NCBI GenBank assembly: GCA_030390025.1
Contig: CM059431.1
Span: 122,390,001-122,454,000, forward strand
Length of the DNA stretch: 64,000 bases
Reading direction: 5' to 3'
Source: Squalus acanthias
Taxonomy: Eukaryota
Part shown: positions 12,248-25,920 of the stretch, piece by piece
Layout: every line of letters begins with the position of its first letter
Numbering within the stretch: position 1 is the stretch's first letter
Made by a program: the position numbers and the translations under genes
Notes under the pieces: generated by a model
What the model saw: the letters and a program-made list of their open reading frames with translations, nothing else
The model's database searches: none
Told to the model about the DNA's origin: nothing

Positions 12248-13043
12248 ATGGGCTGATAAGTGGCAGGTAACATTCGCGCCACAGAAGTGCCAGGCAATAA
12301 CAATCTCCAACAAGCGAGAGTCTAACCACCTCCCCTTGACATTCAATGGCATTACCATCGCTGAATCCCCCTCCATCAACATCCTGGGGGTCACCATTGA
12401 CCAGAAACTTAACTGGACCAGCCACATAAATACTGTGGCAACAACAGCAGGTCAGAGGCTAGGTATTCAGTGCCGAGTGACTCCCCAAAGCCTTTCCACC
12501 ATCTACAAGGCACAAGTAAGGAGTGTGATGGAATACTCTCCACTTGCTTGGATGAGTGCAGTACCAACAACACTCAAGAAGCTTGACACCATCCAGGACA
12601 AAGCAGCCCACTTGATTGGCACCTCATCCACCACCTTAAACACTCACTCCCTCCACCACCGGCGCACCGTGGCTGCAGTGTGTACCATCTACAAGATGCA
12701 CTGCAGCAACTCACCAAGGCTTCTTCAGTAGCACCTCCCAAACCCGTGACCTCTTCCACCTAGAAGGACAAGGGCAGCAGGCGCATGGGAACACCACCAC
12801 CTCCAAGTTCCCTCCAAGTCACACACCATCTTGACTTAGAAGTATATCACCGATCCTTCACCGTCGCTGGGTCAAAATCCTGGAACTCCCTACCTAACAG
12901 CACTGTTGGAGTACCATCATCACACGGACTGCAGCGGTTCAAGAAGGCAGCTCACCACCGCCTTCTCAAGGGCAAATAGGGATGGGCAATAAATGCTGGC
13001 ATTGCCAGCGACGCCCTGATCCCATAAACGAATAAAAAAAAAA
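12248..13043 (+). mobile_element. 5'-truncated non-LTR retrotransposon, CR1 superclade (Crack/L2B-like)
   Basis: WADKWQVTFAPQKCQ...ILGVTIDQKLNWTSHI...YKAQVRSVMEYSPLAW; AATAAA and poly(A) tail. Clade assignment tentative. Confidence 0.85.
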
Positions 13044-13614
13044 TGTCCTCTGGAAGCTGGTGTGCCTCATCTTACTCAGTCTATTAGCCTTCAGTTTTAT
13101 GCCAGGCCTCCAAAAGGCTAGGAGACATCTGGCCTGGGAGTCCCTGGCCTCACCTCACTCCGAATCCACTCTCTTGGAATTACTAGCCTGGTAAAGGGGT
13201 GAGCAGAGGTTCCTGGCATATTTGGAACCCAGCCAAATACAGAGAGTACCAGAAAAGCCGAGCAATTTCAGTCCCCGTATTTTTTGAACCTGAGAAATGC
13301 CATAGGAGAACTTATAATCTATACATAAATGTCTGGTATCGAGCTTGCATGTACAGACCTGATGTCACAAAACAGACATTACATGCCACATGTTGCAATT
13401 TGTTACAGGTGCAAAATAATCTTAAAATTAGAGAAAGAAAGCCAGTTATTGAACTGGAGCCCAAAATCAACCACCAGCTCTAACTTGCCTAAGATTAACT
13501 GCTACAATTTCCTGGATTTGCCTAATTAGAATGAAGTAGAGAGTTATGTTCATCCGTTAATGCAATGATTGTTCAAATCCTTGGTGTGTTCCTTCGAATG
13601 CTCAACATGTTTAT

Positions 13615-13995
13615 CTAATGGGGCTCTTTTCTCTAGAAAAGAAATGTCTGAGGAGTGACCTGATAGCGGTCTTTAAGATTATAAAAGGGTTTGATGGGGG
13701 TAGATACTGAGAAAATGTTTCCATTTGTGGGAAAGACCAGAACTAGGGTCCATAAATATAAGATAGTCACTAATAAGTCCAATAGGGAATTCAGGAGAAA
13801 CTTCTTTACCCAGAGAGTGGTTAGAATGTGGAACTTGCTACCACAAGGCGTAGTTCAGGCGAATAGCGTAGATGCATTTAAGGGGAAGTTAGATAAGGGA
13901 GAAAGGAATAGAAGATGGGAGGAGGCTCGTGTGGAGCATACATACCGGCGTGGACTTGTTGAACTGAACGGCCTGTTTCTGTGCTATAAATACTA
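13615..13995 (+). mobile_element. CR1 3' fragment
   Basis: TRVHKYKI...RRNFFTQRVVRMWNLLP motif and CR1 3'UTR. Confidence 0.9.
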
Positions 13996-13999
13996 TGAA

Positions 14000-14310
14000 A
14001 GCCATGCAGACCAGGAAGAGACCAGATTCAATCTCAGTTGGGGCAGAAGGAGGGGCATACAATTTCCCTCAGCAATTTTGGGTTAAGGACTGGAAATACC
14101 AGATGGGGCTCCTGCTTCTGACTGTTACCCAGCATGGACAGAGGACAGAGCAGGATCATGCTCTGTGCAATGCTTTCTGTGGTCAAATAATTGACAACAC
14201 TTTATGAAAGCTCATGCGTGAATAACAGCTACGGAAGTCAGGTACTGGAGGGAACACAGCACCTGTGGAACTGTACTAGTGCAAGGAGGCAATACTTTCA
14301 GTAGAGAAGT
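14000..14310 (+). mobile_element. Degenerate AmnSINE2-like tRNA SINE
   Basis: gccatgcagaccaggaag...ggtactggagggaac...; similar to 35175-35510. Family recalled from memory. Confidence 0.5.
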
Positions 14311-14949
14311 CAGTGTGAAATTTTGCCAGGGAGAAAAATATTGATGTGAGTGTATTGTACCTTAAATTCAGCATTTTATAGAGTTTATTAACTTGGATGG
14401 ATTTGTGGATGCTATCAATGTTTAACAATCTGTTACCATTAATTTGTAAGTCTACACTGACTATACCTGATAATTTCCATTTCCTACAGGGATAAAATTA
14501 ATTTGCATTTACATTAAGAGAAAGTCATTGAAACCTGAAAATAAATTCTCTGTCAGAAATGATTCCATAGGATTGTACTCAACCGGTTAAGACAAGACCA
14601 AATTACTTTTGGGATTTTCAAGGTTTACAAAGTCAGATTTTAATTAAAATGTTGTCTACATAAACAAAAGGCACTTGGCATAATGTTCTAAGAAAGGAAG
14701 CACACAAGAAAGAAACAAGGAATTAAACTGAAATCATTAAAGCAAAGGGAAAGGCTAGGTAAAGCGAAGTACTCTCCTACCTCCTTTTTAAAAAAAAATA
14801 TCCAACAGAAGATCTTTTCTCACTCTACCATTGGATTCCTGTACTTTTACATAATTCTTCAAATTATTTGACAATTTCTTAAAAATATGCAGAATATTTC
14901 ATAAAAGGAAAAATGTACAGATTCACTGTAAAGAATGTCAAGGGACATC

Positions 14950-16633
14950 TTTTGGACGATATGGGGTAACCCGCTGTCAACCCACCGCCACGTGACTTTC
15001 CCAGATGTCGGGTCTGTCAACGCGGTGGGGGAGGCAATTTAGGTCATTATGACCTTGGTAAGAGCCACTTAAAAAGTATTTTGAGCTCACCTTTAAATTT
15101 TACGAGGTCGCCCACGGGATCGACGCTGATCGCGGATCACGTCAGGTAAGGAGGTCAGGAGTTGTGTTACCATGAAATGATCTCTTTACTTGACAGCTGC
15201 AAATGTGCTATAAAAGCTCCCATCTCAAAGCTGTTCACTTTCCAAACTCAGAAGCTGTTGCTTACTGCATTTGGAAGACAGATTGAGCTTTCTGCAGGTT
15301 GCAAGTGTTTGGAGCAAACTCTCTATCCAGTGTCACCTCATTGGAACAACCTCTCTCACCATTGACAGAACGCTTCTGTCATCTCAAGTTCAACTGCCAT
15401 CTATTCCATCAGCATTGTTTCCCTTGAAAATATCTCACCTTGGTCCTCAGAATCCCACCACGATCAGCCCCAGCACCAGCAGCACCAGGCACACCAGCAG
15501 CACCAACAAAAACAGCAACCTTCTCCGCAATCAACTGATGCTGCACAGGACAGATGACATCAGCACCCGACCATATTGCTGCCCGGGAGGCCAGGGATGT
15601 CCTTACCATGGCCAGATTTACTTCACTTGATGCTGTAAACTCTAACTGCCACATGATGCGACAGGTTGGCACCACCCCACACCAACACCATAAAGCATCC
15701 CTACAATGCCCAAGCCATTCCTTCCACACTCATCGCCATTGAGGGGGGAACCGTTATGTCTCACCATTCACTGCAACTCACTAAGCCATTTCCAAAGGTG
15801 CACAGAAATCTGTCCAAGAACGCAAAATGTTGAAAAAAAAATTTCAATGTTTAACAGCACATTAACAGAAACTTCACATGAACATTGGATAAAACACACA
15901 AGTGGCTACCCTTGTGTGTTGTTAGTTGGTATGATTGGACTAGGATGAGGGTGAGTGTGAGAGTGGCTAGTGAGATGGGGAAGTGATAATGTAGATAGAA
16001 AAGGATGGGTGGAGGTGCAAGGTAAGTTGGTGTGAGTAAGGATGGGCAGGAGTAGGGTAGGGAAGGCAGAGTGATGGGGATGTGATGAGTGGCACAGGAG
16101 GATAAGGTTGAGTGTGGCTTTGCAGTAACGTTTTGTGATCTACTGAGATCATTGAAAGGTTTGTGCCACTGCAGCCTGGTCATCCTGACGACATCTCTGC
16201 TTGTGTCCTCCTGTGCAATGTGCAACCAGGCTGCGTTGATCTCCTGGGGAGGTGTCTTCCGCCCAATGGAAGGGAAGAGAACCTCCCTGCCTGCTGTGAC
16301 TCCCTCCATAAGCATATGGAGGGAGTCATGGGAGAGCCTGGGTGCAGCCGTGCACCTCTGTGCAGTGCTTGTCAGTGTTTGCAGCACCACAATGCTGGAG
16401 AACGCTGACAGCACAACTGTCAAAATCAATTTGCACATGGTCCCTCTAAGGAAACCGGCTAATGATGCATCAGACCCATTTCCTTAAATTGGCCGGCAAA
16501 TGCGCTGGGCGGGCTTAACAAGCCCAATCAACGTAAAATCATTCTACCGAGTGAGCTGGAGCCAGCAGTGAGGTCAGGACCTGCCACCGACACTGGCCGC
16601 ACCGGACCCGCCGAGGTAGGGGAAATCACGGCC
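14950..16633 (-). mobile_element. Non-autonomous Harbinger element, copy 2
   Basis: Collinear with 721-2458 (inverted). Myb frame open in ORF 15851-16438; right end aaatcacggcc; left TIR not clear. Confidence 0.9.
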
Positions 16634-17269
16634 AAGGTGTGCATCTTTAATCTATGTTTGCATCTGTTAGATTCCTTCCCTTCAAATCTTTCCTTCTCCT
16701 TTATTTTTTCATTAATATATAAAATTATAATCAATGAAGTGCTCTAGAAAAGTAATAACAAATAAATGAAAATGTTGCAATATTGCAAATATAGTAGCCT
16801 AGAAATGAGTGTGCAAATATAATATTGTAGGCACGTGAAACAATTCCACATTTTAACGGTCAATTTTAACTATTATGCAGCCGACTGGAGGAGCGTTACC
16901 TTCCAGCAGCAGAGAGGCAGGAGCCATTTTGAGGCCTGCACTCTCCTAACCCCACAAAATTAATTTTACATTTACCTTTCTGGGGCCTCTTCAGCTGAAT
17001 TCCCAGTAAAACTGGTCAGAGAGTGCACTATACATGCTCCAACCAATTCTGCGTTAAAATGGCAATCGGGTCCTATGTACACCATTGGACCCCAATTTGC
17101 AAATTTAAAGGGGCTTACCGCCTAAAGCAGTGGTGGGCCCCTGTGAAAATAGCAGCAAGTAGATCATCAGCGTTAATGGGGTGGGAAGTCTACACATTGC
17201 ATTTTGAAGGTGTTACCAACCTGTTAATGCTGATTTCAACAAGGTAAAATCACCCCCACTGAAATTCTT

Positions 17270-17840
17270 TAATCAGTTTTCTCCCCTCCAATACTGAAGA
17301 CAATGAGGTCAATTTTCAACTTCACCACACGGACAGTAACCTGATGGAGGGAATTGCCTGCTGGTTATAGAAACCACCCAATTTTCTTCAAACTGAAATC
17401 AATGAGATAAAAATAGGGCAGCTTCTATACTGGGCAGGCGATCCACTTCACCAAATTACCGCACATGCAGCGAAGACAAAACTTTACCCCACTGATTCTT
17501 GCTGGCTTACGATTCTAGAAACACCTCTCCAGTACTTCACCCAAGTAGCCACTCTGCATGTATGAGCCTAGACAACAGTGGGCTGAATTTCCTCTTTTCT
17601 AACTGCTAAAGTGGGCAGACAGGTCAGGAAAATTAAGTAGGGAGCCACTCCACCAGGTCTCACTCACCCAATGCCATTTCTATGTGTACAATATATCCAT
17701 GCAAAAATAGACAGGTGTATTACAATTAGATATGAATGATGGGTGTTTCTTGCCATTTGCACCTTACTAATGCTGGGTGCTAAGGATGCCTTGAATGAAA
17801 ACAGCTAACACAACACAGAGCAGGAATCAAACCTTGGGAG
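17270..17840 (-). mobile_element. Fragmented AmnSINE2-like SINE interrupted by small MITE-like inserts
   Basis: Pieces ctccagtacttcacccaagtagccac...tgagcctagaca and cagctaacacaacacagagcaggaatcaaaccttggga are reverse complements of segments of the 35175/14000 type. Confidence 0.4.
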
Positions 17841-18114
17841 GGGACAGGTTCAATTTCCAAAGACATTTACTTGCTCATCTGGCATAATTTTGGTGGTTCC
17901 AAGGTTTTTGTGACTCTTCTACTGAAGCAACATGGAAGGGTGGGAGAACCATTGTGCAAATTCACCCCCAGATGTTTTGGTTGTGTGTCTTCGTACAATG
18001 CCAAAGTTGCCTTTACCCACAATCTGAGAAATTTGTCTTATACTTGGTGGTTTCCTTCAATTGTTCCCATACCTTTATTAATTGTTCCCATGGTCCTCTT
18101 CACAAAGAAATCTT

Positions 18115-19062
18115 CACAAATGACTTGGATGTGGGTGTACAGGGCACAATTTCAAAATTTGCAGATGACACAAAACTTGGAAGTATAGTGAACAGTAAGG
18201 AGATAGTGATAGACTTCAGGAAGACATAGACAGGCTGGTGGAATGGGCAGACACATGGCAGATGAAATTTAATGCAGAAAAGTACGAAGTAATACATTTT
18301 GGTAGAAAGAATGAAGAGAGGAAATATCAACTAAAGGGTACAATCCTAAAGGGGGTGCATGAACAGAGAGACCTAGGGGTATATGGGCACAAATTGTTGA
18401 TAGTGGCAGGGCAGGTTGAAAAAGCATTTAAAAAAGCTTACGAGATACTGGGCTTCATGAATAGAGGTATAGAATACAAAAGTGTGGAAATTATGATGAA
18501 CCTGTATAAAACACTGGTTCGGCCTCAATTCTGGGCACCACACTTTAGGAAGGATGTGAAGGCCTTAGAGAGGGTGCAGAAAAGATTTACGAGAATGATT
18601 CCAGGGATGAGGGACTTCAGTTACGTGGATAGACTGGAGAAGCTGGGGTTGTTCTCCTTAGAGCAGAGAAGATTGAGAGGAGATTTGATAGAGATGTTCA
18701 AAATCATGAGGGATCTAGACAGAGTAGATAGAGAGAAACTGTTCCCATTGGCAGAAGGGTCGAGAACCAGAGGACACAGATTTAAGGTGATTGGCAGAAG
18801 AACCAAAGGCAACATGAGGAAAAACTTTTTTACTGAGCGAGTAGTTGGGATCTGGAATGCATTGCCTGAAAAGATGGTGGAGGCAGATTCAGTCACGGCT
18901 TTCAAAAGGGAGTTAGATAAGTACCTGAATGAAAAAAATTTGCAGGGCTACAAGGAAAGGGCGGGGGAGTGGGACTGGCTGAAGTGCTGTTGCAGAGAGC
19001 CGGCATGGGCTCGACGGGCCGAATGGCCTTCTTCCGTGCTGTAACCATTCTATGATTCTATG
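18115..19062 (+). mobile_element. 5'-truncated CR1 LINE
   Basis: ISKFADDTKLG, WADTWQMKFNAEK, RRLRGDLIEMFK; (ATTCTATG)2 tail. Confidence 0.95.
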
Positions 19063-19311
19063 AACTATGAGGGTAGATTTTCCGAATCCTCTCCTGCTCC
19101 CAGCGTGTTTTAGAAAATCATGGGCAACGTACCAATGTGTGCTGGCGATGGATGAGGCACCTCACCGTGGGCGAGAATTCAGAATTCCTACTCTGTGTTG
19201 TTTTCATTACTACATGAATTAGAGACAAGAATGACTTATGTTTCGTTCTGACGATTCAGCTTCCAATTGTTATGTTTCTGGCCCAGGTGATAATTAAACA
19301 TAAGAACAGAA

Positions 19312-19440
19312 AACCTGGTGAAGGGTTAAAACCAAAATGCTAACTTGACTGTTCTCTCCACATCTATTGATTGACCTGCTGGGTTTGCCCAGTATCTTCT
19401 GTTTTTGTTTCAGATTTCCAGCATTTGCAGTTTTTTTTTA
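19312..19440 (+). mobile_element. Degenerate Penelope-like 3'/pLTR fragment
   Basis: ctggtgaagggtt...tgacctgctggg...tttcagatttccagcatttgcag; same family as 37244 and 39681, with the hammerhead core mutated. Confidence 0.6.
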
Positions 19441-22254
19441 ATTTGAAATGTAAAATCTCCTCATTTGCTTCTTTCTTGACCTATCACCACTCAGTGTCTA
19501 ATTCTGTTTGGTCTGACTCTCTAATTCTCTTGTCCTTTTTGATGAATTGTGACCATATCATTACATTTAATGATCCACCTTGTTTCCTATTACAAATACA
19601 TCTTGCACTCCATGGAGTGAAGGAAGAGGGATCCATAATGTGGAATGGAAAAGCTAAGCAAGTCTACTGAGCAGTCCATATTAAACATATCTTGGTGAAA
19701 GCACAAAGCATTTTCAGTTTTGAGCAACAGCAGTTCGAGAGTCTGCTTGAAAGCAGCTCTCGTGATCTTGTGTTTCCTTCCTAGAAGCAGCAGCACTAGG
19801 GAACTAGTGTTTGTGTAAAGAAAGATTGGGCCACTTTGGAAAGGGGACAGGTTAAATGTGTGATCCATGGTTTTCCCCCAGCACAGTGTAAGCAACCAAG
19901 AGCTAAATTGTTCTAATCCCAGCATAACAGCTGCTAATGGAACAACACAATAGCCTCAATATTAACCACACCCCACCCCACCCCACGACAGGCGGTAGGA
20001 GGTCAGGGGGGATTAACCCTTAAAAAACGATGAATGCATCCGCAACCTGCCAGATACGCACCCATTGTCATTTTTGCAGTGGTGGTAGTGTGCCGTGCGA
20101 GTGTTCTGTCTTGCAGAGGCGATACACTTCATTATCATATTTAAATCAGGCTCCCACAGTGCAATTGGTAGCCTGATTTAAATTGAATAATTGCCAGCCG
20201 GATTTCCCAAGGATCGGGAAACCTGGCAGTGAAATGGAGGCAGGAGCTGCTGGTTCCTGAAGGTAAGTGCTTTTTATAGCACTCCTTGTGAGCCAGGAGG
20301 AGCAGGAGTGATCCCCCTACCCCAGCCACTCAAGCAAACCTTCGGCCTCCCTTATGCCAATTGTGGCTGCCCTCTAACTCCCAGCCGCTCCCCGCCAACC
20401 CCCGATCTCTGGCCTGCCCCGCGAATGCCGTGGACTGTTCCCAAGGCTGTGGCTTCCTGCTGTTGGTTTTCCCGCCTGGCAGCCGGCCAGCCTGTCAATT
20501 TGGAAATGGAACAAAAGATTTATAATGAGGTCCTGCTGTTAAATTTGGCAGAACCTCCCCATCCCTGGCCTCAATGGGTTTTCCCCGCGCTCCCCTGCAC
20601 CCTCCCTGCTAATATTGGGGTCAATGTTTACAAAAGAGCACTAAGGTCAAGAATTTGAGATTAGCATTTTAAAATTACTTAATTTTTTTACTTGTGATTT
20701 GGCACTTACTTTCAGCTCTGCATCTGCCGTTTAATGTTCCACGAATAGCAACTGCAACATAACCGCTGGGAGCAGAAGAAAAGTTGTGTGTCCATGCTAG
20801 ATTTAAATATATTAAAATGACAGCTATTGCTGGGGGCTGAAAGTACAGCTTTTGGACCCAATGCTGCATTTGTACTGGAATCGTTCCAGCTTTGCGCAAG
20901 AGCAGAATTCTGCCCAAGGAATGGAGAGAAATTTTTAGAGTAATTTCAAACAATTGGGGCAACTGGACAACCATTAGAAATGGCATAAGAGCTTATGAAA
21001 CTGACTGAGCCTCACTGTTATCGTTAGTTGCTAGAGGGAAACTTAATCTGTTGCTGTGTGAGAGAATTCTAGTCTATTAGTGGTCTTAATAAATAAATTA
21101 GACTGGCAAGTTCACAAAAGAATTCTACTGTGGGGGGGGAGGGGGGAGCGGGGAGGCAGGGGATGGAGGCTGGTGGCGGGGGGTGCGGCTTTCAACTGTC
21201 AGACGCCCGTTTCTCACCTGAAAAATGGGCAACCGGCAGATGAATATCAGGTGAGTACCTTGGTCACCTCTTTGATGCCCATCGGATTCAATTTTCAAAC
21301 AGGCTCCCAAAGACAGGCTGTTTAAATATGCAAACTGGGGTCCTATGCTAGTTGCAAGCCCCAAATGGCAATTTCATGTACAAATGGGAAAAGCGTGTAA
21401 TGTGCATGCAGTTATACCAGGCATTGAGCGGCCTAACCCGTGAATCTCAAAGGGACCACTGCAGGTCACTAAGGGAAAGGTATGTTTTGGTGATTTTTAA
21501 AATGCTTGTGGGGCCAGGAGGAGTTAACAAATTCAGAGGCAGAGTGATTGATTGCATTGCCAAAACTGGCAGAAGAAATAAATGGAAGACTTTTAATAAT
21601 TTTAGCCTTCTGATGGATTTCAGGTGGCATTATGACATTTTCAGTGATTGGGCAGAATTTCTGCTCCACTCCAGATTCAAATCCCCCGCACCACCCCTCC
21701 TCCCCCAACCCATACACACCCCCACCCCACCACAGGCCGCTCCAGGAATTTAAGGACATTACAGTTCACTAATATTTTAAAATGACTTGAACAGAGTCAT
21801 ATTTTTATCTGTGTGATTCTCAATTTATGACTTAAAGATATTGGGGTAGAAAGTGGTCCAGTGGAAAATGGAGGCAAAAGTTACCAATTTCGCAGGGCTG
21901 TGCAGGATGCCCCAAGGACCTCTTGTATGACGCCGTATTGGTATTCAGGCATCTGGAGTGGCCGCCTAAAGCAGGTGTTCGGCTCCTTACCTATGCTAAT
22001 GAGGGGCCTAATTCCTGCTTTATGTGGATCTCCAGCATATTGTTGAAGCACATTGTACCTTAACAACCTCCTCAAGCAGTTTGATGTGCAGACCCATCGG
22101 AAGAGCTACGACAAGCAGCCAAGTGTGCCAGCTGATCAGGATGTTTTGGGCAATATACCACCCTTTTATGTTTATGACACCCATTGAAGTCTTTTGATGT
22201 AGTTAAACAGTCGGCATCAGCTTCTTCACTGGGAGAAGGAAAACCTCCTTTATT

Positions 22255-22890
22255 ACATTACATTACATAGTATTTATAGCACAGAAACAGGCGATTCGGC
22301 CCAACAGGTCCATACTGGTGTTTATCCTTCCACCCTTTCTCATTTAACCCCATCAGCATATCCTTCTATTCCTTTCTTCCTCATGTGTTTATCTAGTTTC
22401 CCTTTGAATGCATCTATGCTAGTCGCCTCAACTAATGCCTGTGGTAACGAGTTCTACGTTCTAACCGCGCTCTAGGCAAAGAAGTTTCTCCTATATTCCC
22501 CATTGGATTTATTAGTGACTATCTTACATTTATGGCCACTAGTTCTGGTCTCCCCCGTAAGTGGAAACATTTTCTCTATGTCTACACTATCAAATTCTTT
22601 CATAATCTTAAATACCTCCATCAGATCACCCCTCAGTCTTCTCTTTTCTAGAGAAAAGAGCCCCAGCCTGTTCAATCTCTCCTGATAGGTATAACCTATC
22701 TCTCGTGCCTCTATATCCTTTTTATAATGTGGAGACCAGAACTGTTCACAGTACACCAAGTGTGGTCTAACCAAGTTTCTATACAGGTTTAACATAACTT
22801 CTCTGCTTTTCAATTCTATTCCTCTAGAAATGAACCCCCGTGCTTTGTTTGGTTTTTTATGGCCTTAAAAACCTGCATCATTACTTCACA
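22255..22890 (-). mobile_element. CR1 3' fragment with internal deletion
   Basis: ORF 22472-22813 carries CR1 ORF2 motifs; short-unit tail at the left end. Confidence 0.9.
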
Positions 22891-22982
22891 AACCCTTTTA
22901 TAATCTTGGTACACTGACAAAACATATGAGCCTGTATTTTCCTTTATTGGCTTAGTATTCTCACCTCTGGATGACATTCAGG

Positions 22983-23553
22983 TTGGGCTGATAAGTGGCA
23001 GGTAACATTCGCGCCACACAAGGCACAAGTCAGGAGTGTGATGGAAAGCTCTCCACTTACCTGGATGAGTGCAGCTTCAACAACACTCAAGAAGCTCAAC
23101 ACTATCCAGGACAAAGCAGCCCACTTTATTGGCACCCCATCCACCACCTTAAACATTCACTCCCTCCACCACCGGCGTACCGTGGCTGCAGTGTGTATCA
23201 TCTACAAGATGCACTGCAGCAACTCGCCAAGGCGCCTTCGGCAGCACCTCCCAAACCCGCGACCTCTACCACCTAGAAGGACAAGGGCAGCAGGTGCATG
23301 GGAAAACCACCACCTCCAAGTTCCCCTCCAAGTCACACACCATCCTGACTTGGAAATATATCGCCATTCCTTCATCGTCGCTGGGTCAAAATCCTGGAAC
23401 TCCCTCCCTAATAGCACTGTGGGAGTACCTTCACCACACGGACTGCAGCAGTTCCAGAAGGCGGCTCACCACCACCTTCTCAAGGGCAACTAGGAATGGG
23501 CAATAAATGCTGGCCATGCCAGTGACTCCCACATCCCATGAACGAATAAAACA
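22983..23553 (+). mobile_element. Second copy of the Crack/L2B-like LINE, internally deleted
   Basis: High similarity to 12248-13043 but lacking about 220 bp after gccacacaag. Confidence 0.9.
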
Positions 23554-24409
23554 AGAATGTCAGAATGGCAATTGGCGACTTTTAGACAGACTCAAATGGC
23601 ACTGTGTTGCTTGCACCCAATTTTCTGTGGTCAGCTCATTAGTTTAACTCCAGGTATAGATTTGTATGTGTCAAGGGACCCCGCTGGTGGTACAAGTGGA
23701 AAAATTGCATGTGACTGAAATATAAAGGAATAAAGAGAATTAAGGGGGATATCACAATAGGGTGACAAAAGTTCTGAACGCCTTCAGAGAAACTTAATAG
23801 TAGCCTTTGCCAATGTTAAAGGAGCAGTGGACTAAGAATGAGACAGGCACAAATGAAGAGAAAAGAAATCCAATCTGTAGACAAGTGACGGAGCAGTCAA
23901 GCAGCCAACCACTTTTTGATGACTGCTGAAGTGCAGGTGATCCTGCATGGACATTGGTCCTATGTGTCACTTTATGGCACTTCCCCATAGTTTAACATTG
24001 TGTTATACCTGCACGGAGATGGAGCCAAATTTCAGGGCCACAGCTGACCATTATTGTCATTGCATGTGCTAAATCCATGTTGCTCATATCCTTGCAGCAG
24101 ATGGCACAGCACTGCATCTGCCTTTCTACTGACCTAGATCCTGGGAACACACTTCTCCACAGTCATTGGCATATAGTTGTACTAATGGGCCTCCAGAAAT
24201 GGTTGATAGCTGCAGGTAGTAAGGTTAGGTTGGCTTTTGTTCAACCTGGCATAAAGTCTTTCATATAGTGCCACAGAAAGTATGATATACTCCATTTGTC
24301 AGAGTCCAGCAAAAATGAGGTTGAGGGGATCCATAGTCTTGCCTGTTTCTACAACACAGAGGGTCTCCCTGGCCCAATTTTGCAATAGGAGCCCTGAAAC
24401 CCAATTTCA

Positions 24410-25920
24410 ATGGGCTAAAGGCACAGGAAAAGCGAGATAAATAGTACAAAAAAAGGTCTGTACAAATTTTATGGGGAGAAAGGAGAATGGATTCACTGAG
24501 ATAAATATAAAAAATACAGGACCACCTTAAAAGCGTGATGAGAAAGGCAAAGAGAGAGCTTGAAAAAACACATAGCACCTGAGGCTAAGCATAATAGTAA
24601 AAAAACTATTTCAGTACTACAATGGTAAGAGGGCAGTGAGAGAAGAGGTGAAAATCCTAAAAGAGGCAAACAGGCTTAAAACTGAGGATATGGATAAGAA
24701 AGTAAATATTCTGAATGATTACATACTCCAAGTAATCACAAATAATATATGAGCAACAAGCTGTTTCCAAACAAGAATATCCCAAGTAAAATCAATAACT
24801 TAATTAAAAATTAGATGGAAATCCTAGACAGGCTAAATGGGCATAAAACAAATAAATCCCCAGGGATAGATGGTATTTATTCCAGAGTGCAGAGAGAGAG
24901 GATGGAGGAGATCTGTGGGACAACTGACAATCATTATGAGGGAATCAATGGACACTAGGGAGGTACCATTAGATTGGAAACAGGCTAATGTAGTACCCAT
25001 ATTCAAAAACGGTGACAAAACAGACAGAGGCAACTTCAGATCCATTAGTCTATGTAAAATAAACTAATAGATTATTAGGAGTAAACTTGAGGATCACCTG
25101 TAAAACAATAACCTAGTTAACAGCAGTCAGCATGGATTCAGAAGAACTGCTTTGAGAAGTTGACAACACAAGTGGACTGTGGTATGACCCGTGATATGGC
25201 CTACCTCTCCTTCCAAAATGTTTTGACAAAGTTCCACTTGAAAGAATTTAATTAAACTCAAAACAGTGGGGGTTCAGGATAAACTCTGACAATGGTTCAG
25301 GAACTGATTGAATGGTACAAAACAAAGAGTAGTTGTTAGAGGAGTTATGTTGGAGTCGGGGGTAGCACTGAGTGGAGTGCCTCAGGACTTTGGGCTAGTG
25401 CCACTATTGTTTCTAATTTACATAGATAACCAGAATTTAGAAGCTCCATGAAAAGTGGTCAAATTTGCAGATGACATCAAACTGGGAGGGCTGGTGGAAT
25501 TAGGGGAAGCAGCTCAGAAACTACAGAATAAGCTGGACAAAATATGTAAGTGAGCTGAACAATGGCAGATGAAACTTAACACAGACAAGTGTAAAGTACT
25601 ACACATAGTAGTACACTTCATAGGTGGTGTTGAAATATCCAAGAGTGACCCTGAGAAATAGCCTCAAACATGCTCAACCAATGCAGAGCAACAACGAACA
25701 TAGGATATTGAACTACATAGCCAAAACAGTACAATATACATCAGAGGAGATAATTAAACTTTATAGTGCTCTAGTTAGACTGCACCTTGAATACTGTGTC
25801 CAGTTCTGGTTCCCAAGAAATAGGAGAGACATTCAAGCATTGGAAGCAGTGTCGAGAAGAGCCATAAGTATAATCCTCAGTATCAGGTGTTGGTGTTATG
25901 AAGAAAGACTAGAGAAACAT
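24410..25920 (+). mobile_element. Old degraded CR1 LINE (RT region)
   Basis: VPLDWKQANVVPIFKNG, QHGFR, FADD-like and LYSALVRLHLEYCVQFW motifs with many stops. Resumes briefly (ggcttttcagcct) after 27737. Confidence 0.85.

Noticed and set aside
17920..18023. Kinase-like glycine loop IVGKGNFGIVRR on minus
   Set aside because: The frame lacks the VAxK lysine and stops after 34 codons; no other kinase exons were seen.
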